Shown: in pieces, positions 12,900 to 26,237 of the stretch
Position numbering within the stretch: position 1 is the stretch's first letter
How the letters are laid out: every line of letters begins with the position of its first letter
Assembly: GCF_018977255.1 (NCBI RefSeq)
Contig: NW_024704742.1
Location: forward strand, 101,000,001 to 101,064,000
Direction of reading: 5' to 3'
DNA length: 64,000 nucleotides
Origin: Callorhinchus milii
Lineage: Eukaryota
Program-made: the position numbers and the translations under genes
Notes under the pieces: model-generated
Seen by the model: the letters and a program-made list of their open reading frames with translations, nothing else
The model's database searches: none
Told to the model about the DNA's origin: nothing

Positions 12900-14322
12900 T
12901 GGTTCTCACCTCCTCCACCTCCACCCCCCCCCCCCCAACTTCTCCGAACCCCTTCACAACCTAGATGTCAGATTCGACCCCCAGTTATCCTTCCTCCCCC
13001 ACGTTCAGTCCCTCACCAGCACCGCTTTCTTCCACCTCCGATGCATCGCCCGTCTCCACCAATACCTCTCTCCGAAAGCCACTGAAACCCTGGTCCATAC
13101 CTTTGTCACCTCTCAGCTGGAGTATTCAAATGCCCTCTTCGCCGGTCTCCCATCCACTACCATCCATAAAATCCAGATCATTCAAAACTCTGCCGCCCGC
13201 ATTCTCACCTGCACAAAACTCCGCTCCCCGATTACCCCAGTCCTTCCCAGACTGCACTGGCTGCCTGTCCCAGAGAGGATCGACTTCAAGATTCTCACCC
13301 TTGTCTTCAAATCCCTCCACTCCTCTGCACCCCACTCCTCTCTGACCTCCTCTCTCCTCAAAACAGTGCCCATTGCCTTTGTTGCTCCAGGTCATCCACC
13401 TAGGTGGCAAAAAAAAAGAGCAGATTATTTTTTAGAAGGGGAGAGACTAGATAGTGTAAGCTAGATAGGAAGGCTAACGGTATGTTGTCATTTGTTACAA
13501 AAGGCTTAGAATATAAGAGTTGGGAAGGTTTGCTGCAACTGTATAGGGCCCTGGTGAGACCGCACTTAGATTATTGTGTGCAGTTTTGGTCTCCTTATTT
13601 AAGAAAGGATGTACTCGCCTTGGAGGGGGTACAACTAGATTTACTAGGTTGGTACCTGGGATGAGGGAAATGAGTTATGAGGATAGGTTGGGCAATTTAG
13701 GCCTATATTCTCTAGAATATAGAAGAATGAGAGGTGATCTTATAGATACCTATAAGATTATTAAGGAGCACGACAGAATAGATGTGGGATACTTTTTCCC
13801 CTGGTTGGAGAAACTGTAATCAGGGGTCACAGTCTTAAAATTAGGGGTAAGCCCTTTCGCACTGAGTTGAGGAAAAACTTCTTCGCTCAGAGGGTAGTGA
13901 ATTTATGGAATTCTCTACCCCAAAGGGCTGTAGATGCTCAGTCCTTGAACATATTCAAGACTGAGGTTGATAGATTTCTTGTGGATAAAGGAATTAAGAG
14001 ATATGGGCTTGAGATGCCAAATGGACTACTCCTGTTCCTAATTCTTATGTCTGACCTCCTCCTTGTCCCCCGAATCCTACGCTTCACCCTCACCGTCCGA
14101 GCCTTCGGCCACTATGCCCCAAGGCTCTGGAACTCCCTTTGCCTCGCCTCCTCTCTTCCTATTTTCAGGTCTCTGCTGAAGACCTTTTTTTTCGACCGCG
14201 CCTTTGGTCATCTTCCTCCCCCTTCCCCTGGCTCGGCCTCGAGATCCATTCCTGTGAAGCGCTCTGAGATGCCACCTGGCATGGAGGGCGCTATATAAAT
14301 CCAAGTTGTTGTTGTTGTTGTT
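12900..14322 (+). mobile_element. L2 LINE 3' portion interrupted by a CR1 insertion
   Basis: ORF 12841..13464 has FDPQLSFLPHVQSL, LEYSNALFAGLP, IQNSAARIL, LHWLPV, DFKIL; L2 resumes at ~14050 and ends in (TTG)n at ~14322. Confidence 0.92.
13390..14049 (+). mobile_element. CR1 LINE 3' fragment nested in L2
   Basis: LYRALVRPHLDYCVQFWSP, LGLYSLEYRRMRGDLI, FFAQRVVNLWNSLP; ends CCTGTTCCTAATTCTTATG. Confidence 0.93.
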
Positions 14323-14343
14323 GGATATTCTATGGATACTCAC

Positions 14344-14370
14344 CGTTTCAGCAGCCATGTAATAGTAACC
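14344..14370 (-). CDS. Candidate 27-nt internal microexon of an unidentified host gene (GYYYMAAET in phase 0)
   Basis: Minus strand ttttgtttttctctctgtcgtgttgatttttgcAG | GGTTACTATTACATGGCTGCTGAAACG | GTGAGT: long pyrimidine tract, consensus donor, length a multiple of 3, unique sequence; protein not recognised. Confidence 0.55.
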
Positions 14371-17300
14371 CTGCAAAAATCAACACGACAGAGAGAAAAA
14401 CAAAATGCACTGTAATTATTTAAGAAAGTTCATTTGATTCCTATTGGCAATACAATATCTGTATCGTATTTGTATTGTACAAAGTCTATGTCCATCTAAT
14501 TCATCTAGCAATATCCAATTCTTCCCTACAGAAGCTCCAAACTATCTGGAACTCTGCAGTCCGTGTCCTTTCTTGCATTACGTGGTCTTAGCTGGTTAGA
14601 CTCCAGCAGTACCCCCAACATACTTTCCTGAAAAAGAGTGAGCATTCCAATCCAAGCCAAAACATGTGGATTTCTATATGCAGATTGGGATACGCATAGA
14701 ATTCTCAGTCAGATTTTAATACTCTTAAGCATGGTGATGGGTTTCCACATCTGTCAGACACTTGCTGACTTCCATTTGAGCCAACTCTACAGTAAGCAAA
14801 CTGCAGTAAGCAAACTTGAGTGCTTTCTCTCTGCACACTGATTTATTTTCATTTTGTACCAACTGTACCAGGTAAAATCATATTCCAGCTGTTATCAGTA
14901 TATTGTTGGAAAAATGGTATAGTTGAGCATGGCATTTCTACTGCTTCTTTTTTAAAAAGGAACTGTTAATAGCCCAGTAAGCTAAGGAGCCAGATAAAAG
15001 AAGCTTTGCAGCTGACAGTAACGGCTAAGAGTCCCTTTATGGAAGGAAACAAAAGCAGACTTAAGACATTAATTTGACTCCCATTTACACTTTAAATAGG
15101 GTTTATATTCTCAGGGTACTGTAGCTTTGTTTCAATTCAACACACTGCAGTTGTATGCTGTTCAAGAGCTCAAGCTGTCACTTATTCAAAAAGAGTGCAA
15201 GGAAACTTTACTTTTATTATTTAATTAATGATGAAATAATGTGCGCACAAGTTGGATGTTAAAGAATTGTTTCCTTTATTGTAGTTCAATAAAGTCAATG
15301 ATTATACAAAGAGCAAAGATTCACTATCGAAAGATATGATAATGCAACAATCAGGTTATTAGAGAATTTAGTGTTGATCCAATGCCTGGGAATGCAGCAA
15401 GTTCATTGATCTTGACGGAATTCTCTATTTTTATATCTGATTGGTTATTGTGAAAAGCCCAGACTGATCAAATAGTGGATACACCCTTTGGTTAAAGCTC
15501 ATAGGACCAGCAATGTTCAGGCACGAGGCATCCTTGTAATTGATGCCAATTAAAATATTCTCTTTCAAGTGTCTCTCTACTTCTCCTTATCAGAAGGTCA
15601 TTCCTGATAAACAAAGTCAAGAGCATAATGTTTCCCTGCAATTAATGTTTTATGTTAACTCTTTCTTTACGAGAGAAAGGTGTTTCTCCAGATATCCTTG
15701 CCACCAATTCCCCAGATAATTTTTTTCATTTGTTTTGTGGCTGTTTGTGGATCAATTGGTCACCTCCCGCATTTGCCAATATACTTTTACAGTAAATCCT
15801 ATGAAGCATTTTGAAACCATCTCTTGATGTGATAAGGTGCTATAGAAAATGTGAAGATGTGAGGACAATGGTGATTATTATTATTAGTATTATTATAATA
15901 CCACTTCTGTACTATGGGGCAGCCAGCAACTGCACTCTTGCCATTGTGGAATGACAACATAGCCTTGAACCCTATAGACTGTTTGCCAGCTCTGCCCTCA
16001 GTAGCTGAGTACTCAGAGCAGAGCTTTGTGTCCCAAGCATGTACATTACTGTTGAGATTAATTTTTTCCACACACTTAAGTAACCATAGATGAACCTGGA
16101 ACTAAACAAAACAAGGGGGCTCAGAAATTCAGGCATGGCTCCTGGCTCCCATTCAAATTATTTTGGTTCAAAAGCACATTTGCAACAACTTTATGGAGGT
16201 GATAATAATAATTTCATTTGATATAGCACCTTTCACATATGGAGGATGTCTCAAAGCATTTCACAGGTTTTACTGTAAATTGAAATCACTGTGAAATTTT
16301 TAGTTGAAAGCAACAGCCGATTTGCACACAGCAATCTCCCACAAACAGCCATGAAGTGAATGACCAATTTTAGCTGGGGAATTGTTGGTCAGGATACTGG
16401 GAGAAACTCCTTTCTAGTGGTGCACACCTAGCAAGGAAAATGGGGATTTACAAATCTTCAAAGACGCAGTGACCTAGATATGTTTTTAGTAGAAATTTGA
16501 AGGTGGGGAGGGAGAATGCAATGCAAATGCATTTTGAAGAGAACTGCAGAGACCAAGGTAATGGGTAATATAATAATAATAATCCTTTAATTTGATATAG
16601 CGGTTTTCACATCTTCAAGACTTCTCAAAGAGCTCACAGAATATACTGTAAAGTGAATTGACTGTATATCTGTAGGCGAAAATATAGATGAAACAGAAGG
16701 TCTGCAACAAGGATGAACCCATTTTTAAAAAGTTTGAGGCTTTGATGGGAGAACGGTAGATAGGTATTCTAGAAGGATGAGATCAAATGCACCAAAGAGT
16801 CATCTTCATTCAAACCTCTTGCAATCTTATGGCAACTAATCCAGAGCTTGTAAACTTGTAAACTTTCTTAAATTTTCCTCTTCCCTCTCTCTCACTGATA
16901 ACAGACCAGCAAGCCTAGCCCATCAGCAGGACATGGTAGGGGAAACCGGTCATTGGGAACAAGGATTTTTCCCACTCTGCTCCTGTTTACCCTGAAAGCC
17001 AAAGCATTGATAGGTAGGGTGGTACAAATGGACAAGCAGCAGGAAACTTGCCACACAGGGGTCTTGATCTAAGCTAAGCAGTTTTAACTAGTTAAACCTC
17101 AGCAGTACCTAATTGCACACTCTAGGATCTCCAATTCTTGCTGTGTCCAACACTCTCCCAAATGAGGTAATCAGGGTCTATCCCTCCAGGGAGAGGGTGC
17201 ACATTCCTTTTCATACAAGGGAATTTTCATGTGTAGAATGGTTACATAGAAATCTAAATCTGGTTTGCTTTGAAGCACGATGATGGGTTTCCGTATGTGT

Positions 17301-17894
17301 TGGACATCCAGCTGGCCATAGTAAACCTATTATCAAATGTGAAGAAAATGTGATTGTCTGAGGTCCAAGTCCTGCTTTCTAGAATGTATGTGTTATTTTT
17401 AGATTCCAGATGCATATCTTCAGTAGCAAGTTACTAATGTGCAATAAAACAAAATATGTATTTGATTTAAGTTGCCCTGCTCAGCAATGCACAGGGCAGT
17501 GTCTGCTGAAACAAACCTAATGATGCATATTATCAAGATTGCTTCCAGCGAAGCTTTGCTGATTGATCGCTCACTTTTATTTTGCTTCCTAACTGTGTCC
17601 AGCAATCCCAACAAATTTGGTTGCACGTTAGACCCAATGTCAGCCCTGAGGGTAAACCACCTGGAGAGGCTCATGTTATATTTTTTGTTCATGATTTATA
17701 TAATGTAACAAAAGATCAGTTCCAGGTAAAAACAATAGATTGAAAAATAGATTGAAAAATGTAGTATGTGATATGATAACTAGCGCTGATATTTTAGCAT
17801 ATCAACTGTCAGCCTGACTTTACCTGTTAAGTGTTAGCCTAGCTCAGTTGCTTGCACTCTTTCTAACCTCTGAATCACAAGATTGTGCATTCAA

Positions 17895-18245
17895 TAACAA
17901 CTTGCACTTATATAGTGCCCTCCATTCAGGGTAGCGTCTCAGAACGCTTAACAACGGCAAAGCCTTACTCCGAGCCGGGAGGGGAGGTGGGGGGAGGTGA
18001 CGATAAAACGGTCGAAAAGGAAAGTTTTCAGGCGGAATTTGAAAAAGGGGAGAGAGGAAGCAAGGTGGAGGGATTGAGGGAGAGTTTTCTAGAATTTTGT
18101 GTGTAGTGCTTAATGCATGACCTCCAATGGTATAGCAGAGGGTGCAAGGGACAAGCAGGAGGCCGGTACCAGTCGAGCTGTGGTGGATTGGGGAGTGAGG
18201 AGGTCGGAGAGGTAGGGAGGTGCCAGAGAGTGAAGGGATTTGAAA
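17895..18245 (-). mobile_element. L2 LINE 3' fragment
   Basis: AACAACTTGCACTTATATAGTGCC tail at left and G-rich reverse complement of the L2 end. Confidence 0.8.
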
Positions 18246-18614
18246 ACGAGCCCCATGTCAGAACTTTAATCTCATGTATAGGCTGATACTCCAACGCAGT
18301 GCTGGGGGTGTGGTGCATTGTTGTAGATACCGTATTTTAGATGTGATGCTAAACTGAAATCTTGCATGCCTGTTCAGATGGACATTAAATATCCTATGGC
18401 ACTGTTTAAGAAGAGAAGGGAGTTTCTCTTGGTGTCTTAGATGATAAATCCCCAAATACAATGTTTATGGCTGGTTGTTGGACATTGCTGTGTACAAATT
18501 AGTTGCCATGTTTGCCTACAAAATTCACAGTCACTACATTTGACAGTATGTTTTGTGAAGTGCTTTAAGACGTGCTTTAATGTCCTCTTGACATTAAAGG
18601 CACTATATCAAACT

Positions 18615-19125
18615 TTTTGGGGGTTCAGCCGGATGTCTGACACATGCAGAAACCTATCACCATGCTTAAGAGTAACGAAGCTGAGATTTCCATGCTTCCC
18701 ACCTACACATGGAAATCCCAGAGATAGATTATTGGAATTGAATGCACACTCTCTTCCTGGTGAGACGTATACTGCTCACCTAATTCCAGAAAGTATTAGG
18801 TGCAGGTTGGCAAGAGCCAAGGCTTGGGGATCCCAGAGTGTGCTTTGGGGTATTGCCAGTGTTTAATCAGCTAAAACTGCACATCTTGCCATTGATATTA
18901 TGACTCCCTGCTCCCAGTGACTGGTTTGCCCTTTGAGGTCCTGCCTATGAGCCAGTGCTGTCATCAGCAGTGCCCTGGAATGCTGTGGACTCACCTGGTT
19001 CAGGAACTGGACTACCGTGACCACCACAGAGGGCTGACTTGATTCCTACATTCCATTGCGAGGTATGTCACCTTGGATCCAGTTCAGCTCAATGGAGACC
19101 CTGCTTACCTCCCTCCAAAGAGGAT
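18615..19125 (+). repeat. Unclassified dispersed repeat, most complete copy
   Basis: Shares blocks (cccatcaccatgcttaagagt; gtattaggtgcaggttggcaagagccaaggcttgggga; ggagtttaaccagctaaaac; gtcaccttgga..ccagttcagctc) with about 9 other loci in the window. Confidence 0.75.
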
Positions 19126-19689
19126 AGTATATCAACCATAAGGATTATTATCAATTCACAGTAAATCCTGATGTAAAAGGCTCAATATCAAATTCAGTAA
19201 TTATTATCCTGACACATTCAGCTCCAGTGATAACTGTCACTGTTGAACACCACCTCACACAACTTTGTTCAAATAGTTTCACTAAAAGCTGGTTGCTGCA
19301 GCCATTCAGCCAGTTAGTGGAAGTTGGGCTTAATTCTTTACTTTCAGTTAGGTCACGGCAATAGGATAAGAGGTCATAGGTTCAGGGTTGTGAAAGGCTA
19401 TTGTACGATCTGAACCAGGAAGTATTTCTTTCCATAGGGGATAATCAGCAACTGAAATGGATTAAGAGGAAGAGTGGGTCAAGCCAGGACACTGGAGGCA
19501 TTCAAGAAACAGCTCACTGCTGTAATGGGAAGATCAGTTGCTTAGTCCCATATGCAACCCAGTCTTAGTCTGCAAGACCGTTGTGTCTTAAAATGTAAGA
19601 TTGCCCAGAGTTGTGGAAAATATCTTAAATTCAAGCTTAATTTTCAAGTTGTTTCTTCTTAAGAATTGTGGAAAAACATCTTCTAGATA

Positions 19690-19992
19690 AATAATAATAA
19701 TAATAATCCTTGCATGTGATATAGCGCTTTTCACGTCTTCTACACATCTCAAAGCGCTTCACAGAATATGCTGTAAAGTGAATTGACCGTATATTTGTGG
19801 GCGAAACATGCAGTGTCCCACAAACAGTCGTGGATTGAAAATGGCCAATTTATTATTGTTATGTTTTTTTGGAGGGATTATTATTAGGTGTGTGGAGTAA
19901 GGAAACTTGACCAAGGTTTTGCCCTGCCTGGAATTGAACCCAGGTGTCTCGCTTGCAAGGCGAGTGCTCTAACTACTAAGCTACAGGACTCC
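19690..19992 (-). mobile_element. tRNA-Ala/CORE-like/Deu SINE, short form
   Basis: Full-length reverse complement of the family with a small internal deletion. Confidence 0.93.
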
Positions 19993-22159
19993 ACATAAAG
20001 AATTCTTCATAATGCTGTGTGATCTTCAATTTTAAAACAAAACAGATTTACAGGTTAAGTGGAATTTCAGATCAAAGGATGAGATCAAAGGACTTTCTTC
20101 ATCTGTACTCTTCTTGTGATTTTGCCGAGTAAATATTTGCTGCATTGAGTCATTTAGTTCCACATTGTACTGATAGATTGCTGCGTAATTCCTAGAACTG
20201 TGTATTTCCCACCAAAAAATAATGATCTTTTGAAGCAACTATTTCCTTTGTTATTACAGTACATTCGAAAGTTGGTGGTTTCCAATTTTTATGATTTGTT
20301 TTACCTTTTATTCCCAGCCTTTCTTGGCCTTACACATTCCTTAGTACATATAGTTGCATCTTATTTGAAAATGGGAAGCACAATGGAATCCAAAGTAATG
20401 ATTAATTTACAGTGAAAACACCCACTCATATGAATTATTTTACCCTCGTGAAAGCAAAGTTAGAAGAGATAAAGCACATAGTTATTGTTTCTTATTAAAT
20501 AACTTATCCGTGCACACATTGTGAAATACTTTATTTTTACATTCTTGTAAACATCCATATTCCTTTCAGTTCCTCAGACTGCAGAGTTTTAGTAGCTTGC
20601 AGTACTAGTGTTTATTATACCTGTCATTATATAAATCTAATCATAACTTATCGTCATTTGATATATTCCTTGTAAGCATATGTGCAATCCACCTGTTACC
20701 CATTTGTTTCGGTTCTATCCCCCGTAAATGGCTATTGCATTTTGCTCCGAGCTATACTCGGGAAATTAAATGCACTAATGCAGTAATTTTCTTTTGGTAA
20801 CACAACATTGCACCTAGATTAAAGACTGGTGAAAGTTTTCATTTAAACCTTAAAACTTGTTACAGAGCAGTCTTGCTTGAATAATGTGTTTTCATTATTA
20901 TAAGCAAAATTCAATCAAAGGGACTGAACTGTGAAAAACGTGACTAGAAGTATGCAGATCCTATTCCTACTATTCCTACTAGGAGGGTTGTGTATTCAGC
21001 ATAAATGATGTGGCAGTAAACTTTAATGAACTCACAATAAGTAATTCAACTGTAATTTGGTTTTTGAAAAGAGTCAGTAAATCTTAAAGATAAATCCACT
21101 TGAGAATTTCAGCACATAGCATCCGTTTTGTTGCTATAGATTATTTCAGAACTGTTTAAGTTAACATATCTTTCCCATTTCTTTGCATAAAAGGAACAAT
21201 TTTGCAAGTGATAAGATGCCTGCTGATAACAGATCACAATTTTGAATGTGCTAAAAATATATTTCCAAAATGGAACAAAACCACACGTAACTACAGTTAT
21301 AAACATGCAGCAAAATATTTTTAGTGTCCACCCTTAAATTGACACCAGTAAAACCCCTGTGTTAAGAATCAAATACTGCACCAAATGGCCTCTATCAAAG
21401 ATTGTAATAATTTGAAAAAAATGACTGTTTGTGGGACGCTGCTGTGCACAATTGGCATTCACTTTACATTATATCCTGTGAAGCGCTTTGAGACATCTCA
21501 AACATGTGATAAGGCACTATATCAAATGAAATATTTTAATTATTATTATTGTAGCATTCATAAGCAGTTTAACAAACAACCTATTTATGAATTGAATCAG
21601 TACATAAATACTGAACAGATATTTTATTTTAATCTCGCAAATAAGATTGGTCATTCATTTCATGGCCATTTTTGGGACATTGCTGTATGCAAGTTGGCTG
21701 ACACATTTGCCCACATTCACTCCTTTTCATAATATATCCTATCAAGCACTTTGGAACATCCTCCCAATGTCAAAGGTGCTATGCCAAATGCAAGTATTAT
21801 TATTATTAATCTGTTTAAAAATTGAAAATAATAATGTAATAAAATGTATTCCACTACCAAATGAAGATCTCATCAACAGAAATTTCGGAAAGTACAAAGG
21901 AATCTAGAAAGAAGAAAAGATAGCAATGAAGGAAGGTGGATGTAGAACACAATCATTGAGACTGCTCAAAAAGAAAATGAAGTTGTTTAATGTGAGCTGG
22001 ATATTATCTTCTCTTTATGGCTATTAAAGACCACATTAAAGGGGGTAAGTGATCAGAGGTAGAGTCGAAGAGGTAAGTCTTAAGGTGTGACTTAAGATAG
22101 ATAAATAAATAAACAAACAAATAAATAAATTTATTTTAAAAAAGTCTCAAAGTATCAAC

Positions 22160-22575
22160 CAGCTCAGTTGTAGCCCTCCTGCCTCTGTGTCAGAAGGTTG
22201 TGGTTTCAAACCACATATCCAGATCTTGAGCTCACAACCTACAACCAAGACAGAGACTCCAATACAGCTGAAGAACCATTGCATTTTTGGAGTTGCAATC
22301 TTGGGATGAGATACTAAACTGAAGTCTCGTCTGCCTGTTCAAGTGATTAAAGAGCCTATAGCACTATTTGAAAAGAGAAGGGAGTTTCTGTCTGTGTTCT
22401 GGCCAATAATTCCCCAAATAAAATAGATGATTCACTTCATGGCTGTCAGTGGGACATTGAGGTATGCAAAATGGCTGCCGCATTTGCCTGCAAAAATACA
22501 GAGATTACAGTTGACAGTAAATCACGTGAAGCTCATTCAGAAGCGCTATATCAAATCAAGGAATATTATTATTAT
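22160..22575 (+). mobile_element. DeuSINE (SacSINE1-like)
   Basis: gctcagttgtagc..tcagaaggttgtggtttcaa head, Deu body, tail gcgctatatcaaat..attattat. Confidence 0.8.
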
Positions 22576-24754
22576 ACAGTTCCAAAACCAACAACCCTCT
22601 GAACCCACAAGCAGGAATGCAACCAACTAAGGCAAGCTCTCAGCTGAAATGAGCACAAGAGGTGCAAGAGAGCTGTTACTGTGTGTTCCAATGAACAGCA
22701 ACCTCAACTTAATCTCTTTTATTTATCAGTTCTTTTTAATTATCTTTGATGGTTTTCTTATTTCCTTACGGATTTACTTGGTTAATTTTGTTCTCTCATT
22801 CTCCATTTGTTTTTGGTAAAATATTATGAGGCTTCAATCTTTTCAAAATCTCATATTTAGGTAAACAAACTAGCAATAATCATTTCCTTAAATTGAAGCA
22901 AAGCAGTATTGGTATTCTGCTTGCCGGATAAGATTGTTGATTTATTATACTGTAAGTGAGATTTTATATGAATCAAATGTATATTACAAAATCAAAGTAG
23001 AGCATTTATATCAGTTGTGTCAATTAAGCTTCAGAAGTTGTTTTGGCTTCAATATTTTTGAATTTGTAATTAATTGAATAAGTAAAAGTAATAAATAATA
23101 ATTCTTACATTTTGATTAGCGGGGTAATGGGATTGATTTGGGTAGCTCTTTTAAAAGAGCCGGCACAGACACAATGGGCCGAATGGACTACTTCTGTGCT
23201 GTATAATTCTATGATCCTATGATTCTATGTGTGCCTTTCACATCAGGAAAACATATCAAAGTGCTCCACAGGATATATTATAAAGTGCGTGTTTAGTAGG
23301 TAAACACTATAGCTAGATGGTGGCAGAATGAATGATTCCAAATGATTCACTCAGACTTGGTTGGAATCATCAACTGTAACGCATTCTGTTATTACTGCAT
23401 ATTTAATTGTTAATAGACGATTCACATGTGAACGAAGGACATGACTTTCATATTTTTGTTTTGATTATAACGTTGTGTAACATGTTTAAATACCATTTAG
23501 TTCCACTAACCCACAATAGGACAAAATGAATTCTAAATTGTGATTAGGTTTGTGAACTGGAGTCTCAGTAGCAGTAGGTACAACTAACAATGCAGAGAAT
23601 ATGCCTGGGATTTATAAAATGCAGGAGCATGAAATATTCTGGAATTACCAGAATATTAAAAATGTGATTTTGGAAAGTTTCAACCACAAAATATACAGTC
23701 AATTTGGTGAAGTGCTTTGAGACGTCTCGAAGACATGATAAGGCCCTATATTAAATACAAAGCTTATCATTATTATTACCTTTAGGCAAGGTTTGCTGCA
23801 CTTCTTTATTTTGTGTTGCATGTTAATCATACAGAATAATAGTTATCCCATGCTTAACATCCATTGTAAGGTTTGGGGTGTCATCAATTCCACCAAGCTA
23901 TTATTTTAAACTAGGTGTTATTGTGGTTTCTTTGAAGTAGGGTTTAATGCCTTTGTTTTATTAGGAAACATGTGTACTGAAGGGAGTTTCTCTCGGTGGC
24001 CTTGCCAACAATCCGCCAACTAAAAATTTGGTCTTTCACTTCATGGCTGTTTGTAGATCATTGCTGTGCGCAAATTAACTGCGGTGTTCACATTCAAAAT
24101 ACATTGCCACAACACTTTAATATTATCCTGTGAAGTGCTTTGAGATATCCTCCTGACATGCTAGATGAAATGTAAGGAGCTTTTTATTATCGTGATTACT
24201 GAAGTAGATTCAATCAACTCTTTTAAAAATAGTATTAAATGGTAATTTTTGCATGATATCAGTCTTTTTTTAAAAAACTACACATGTACTGTTTAAAAAT
24301 TAAGATATATTTACTGTTTGTCTGGTTAATATCTAATTTGATTGTTGGCCTGTACTGTTTAGAATGAACTGTCTATAGAAATATTTATTTGACGTACTCT
24401 TCCCCTATACATATCTCTCAAAGATTGTGTGTGCTGAGGTATGTTAACTTCTGTCAAAGCTGTTTAACTATCTTCTTCAGCTGAATAACTATAATTTCTC
24501 TCAGTACGTTTCATTAAGGACCATCAGAGAATGCAAAGGAGTAATTATAAAAGGTGTGTAATGCCCTGCAGACCAATCAGCATCTGAAAGAAAAAAAGAT
24601 GTCAAGTATTCAGTCTTGAGCCTTCATCACATCTGCATTTTCCTGCTCTTCCACCCAAATAATAAGCTTTGTTTTTTATCTACTCAAACATATGGCAGTG
24701 CAGAAGTAGACTTTGCAGTTTGCAGACACTCATTTGACTTTGGACTTAACAGTC

Positions 24755-25826
24755 CATCGGCAGATCCAGCTGGATCTTATCAACACTTATCACTCTGCCC
24801 TCGCCTCAGCTAAATCGTCGTTCTACTCCAAGACAATCTTGGAGGCTAAGGACAACCCCAGACTCCCTTTCTCCATCACCAACCAGCTCCCCTCACCCTC
24901 TCACTCCTCACCCATTCTCACCTCCAATGCCAACTGTTAGGTGATGCTGGACCTCCTCGAATCCAAAGTCGAATGGATCCGCTTAGCTGCCTTGGCCCTT
25001 CCATCTACTACCCCTCCCCATCTTCCCCTCACACCCCGGGCCCTACCCATCGCTCCCTCCACACCTCCAAAACCTGTCTCCCACTCCTCTCTCACCACCA
25101 ATATAACCCGCAGGAAACTGATCACCTGCTCCCTCGACTCCATCCCTACCCCACTCCTTATCTCCCAACTCCTAGTGGAGTCCTGTAGCTCAGTGGTTAG
25201 AGCACTCGCCTCTCACGTGAGAGACCTGGGTTTAATTTCCAGCAGGGCAAAATCTTGGGCAAGTTTCCTTACTCCACATGCCTGATAATAATCCCTCAAG
25301 AAAGTAAAACAATAATAAATTGGTCACTTCAATCCACGACTGTTTGTGGGACACTGCTGTGCCCAATTGGCTGCCGCATTTCACCCACAAATATACAGTC
25401 AATTCACTTTATAGTATATTTTTTTGAAGCGCTTTGAGACGTCTAGAAGTTGTGAAAAATGCTATATCAAATGCAAGGGTTATTATTATAGGATTATAGC
25501 TCCACCTCCTTGTCCCCTACTCACAGACATCATAAATCTCTTCCTGTCCACTGGTACCATTCCCACCCCTTTAAAAACGGCCGTCATCACTCCTATCCTT
25601 AAAAATCTCTCCCTGGACCCAATCCTGTTCTCAAACTACTACCCTATCTCCAACCACTCTTTCCTCTCCAAGGTCCTGGAATGAGTCGTTGTTTCCCAGC
25701 TTCGCTCCTTTCTTTCCCACCACTCACTTCACAAACCCCTCCAATTGGATTTCCGTGCCACCCACAGCACAGAAACTGGCCTGGTCAAAGTGACAAATGA
25801 TATTCTGCCCATCTACGACCAGGGCT
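24755..25826 (+). mobile_element. L2 LINE internal ORF2 fragment (tether and RT start), interrupted by a SINE
   Basis: ALASAKSSFYSKTI, TCSLDSIPT, LKTAVITPILK, NYYPISNHSFLSKVLE, HSTETGLVKVTND. Confidence 0.88.
25177..25490 (+). mobile_element. tRNA-Ala/CORE-like/Deu SINE, short form, nested in L2
   Basis: Complete family sequence from GGAGTCCTGTAG to the (ATT)n tail. Confidence 0.93.
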
Positions 25827-26237
25827 AAAAGTCTAATTTTTTCATTTGTTCCTAAAGGCTGCTGATTGAGTATACACTCCCCTTTCCATTCTGTTCATCC
25901 GCGACCAAGATGTGATCTGAAGTCAGGACAAGGAAAAAAGAGAGGGAAGGCAGAGGGATTGAGTCAGAGAGTTCCAAATGTTCAGGGCTTAGTGGCTGAA
26001 GGCATGGCCACTGATGGTGGAGCAGAGAATTTAAGGGATGCACAGAAGGCATTAGCTGGTTGAGCTAATGGGACAGGTAGAGAAATGCGGTGTGGGCAGG
26101 TTAGAGAGGTAGGGAGGTGCTAGGGCATGAAGTGATTTCCAGGTGAGTGTAAGGACCTTGAAATCGGAATTTACCCTGCTATTATGCTTCACCTAAAAAT
26201 CCATCCACACCCTGGGAACGTTTACTTTGCCCTTTAA

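Noticed and set aside
20050..20195. Open frame NYAAIYQYNVELNDSMQQIF... as an exon
   Set aside because: Weak acceptor and donor (CCT|GTAAAT); peptide not recognised
24500..24600. Minus-strand acceptor followed by (D)ADWSAGHYTPF...
   Set aside because: No good donor before the stop and no recognisable product
25675..25690. Same premature stop (KVLE*) in two L2 copies (25682, 49473) suggesting programmed readthrough
   Set aside because: Explained by recurrent CGA to TGA CpG deamination
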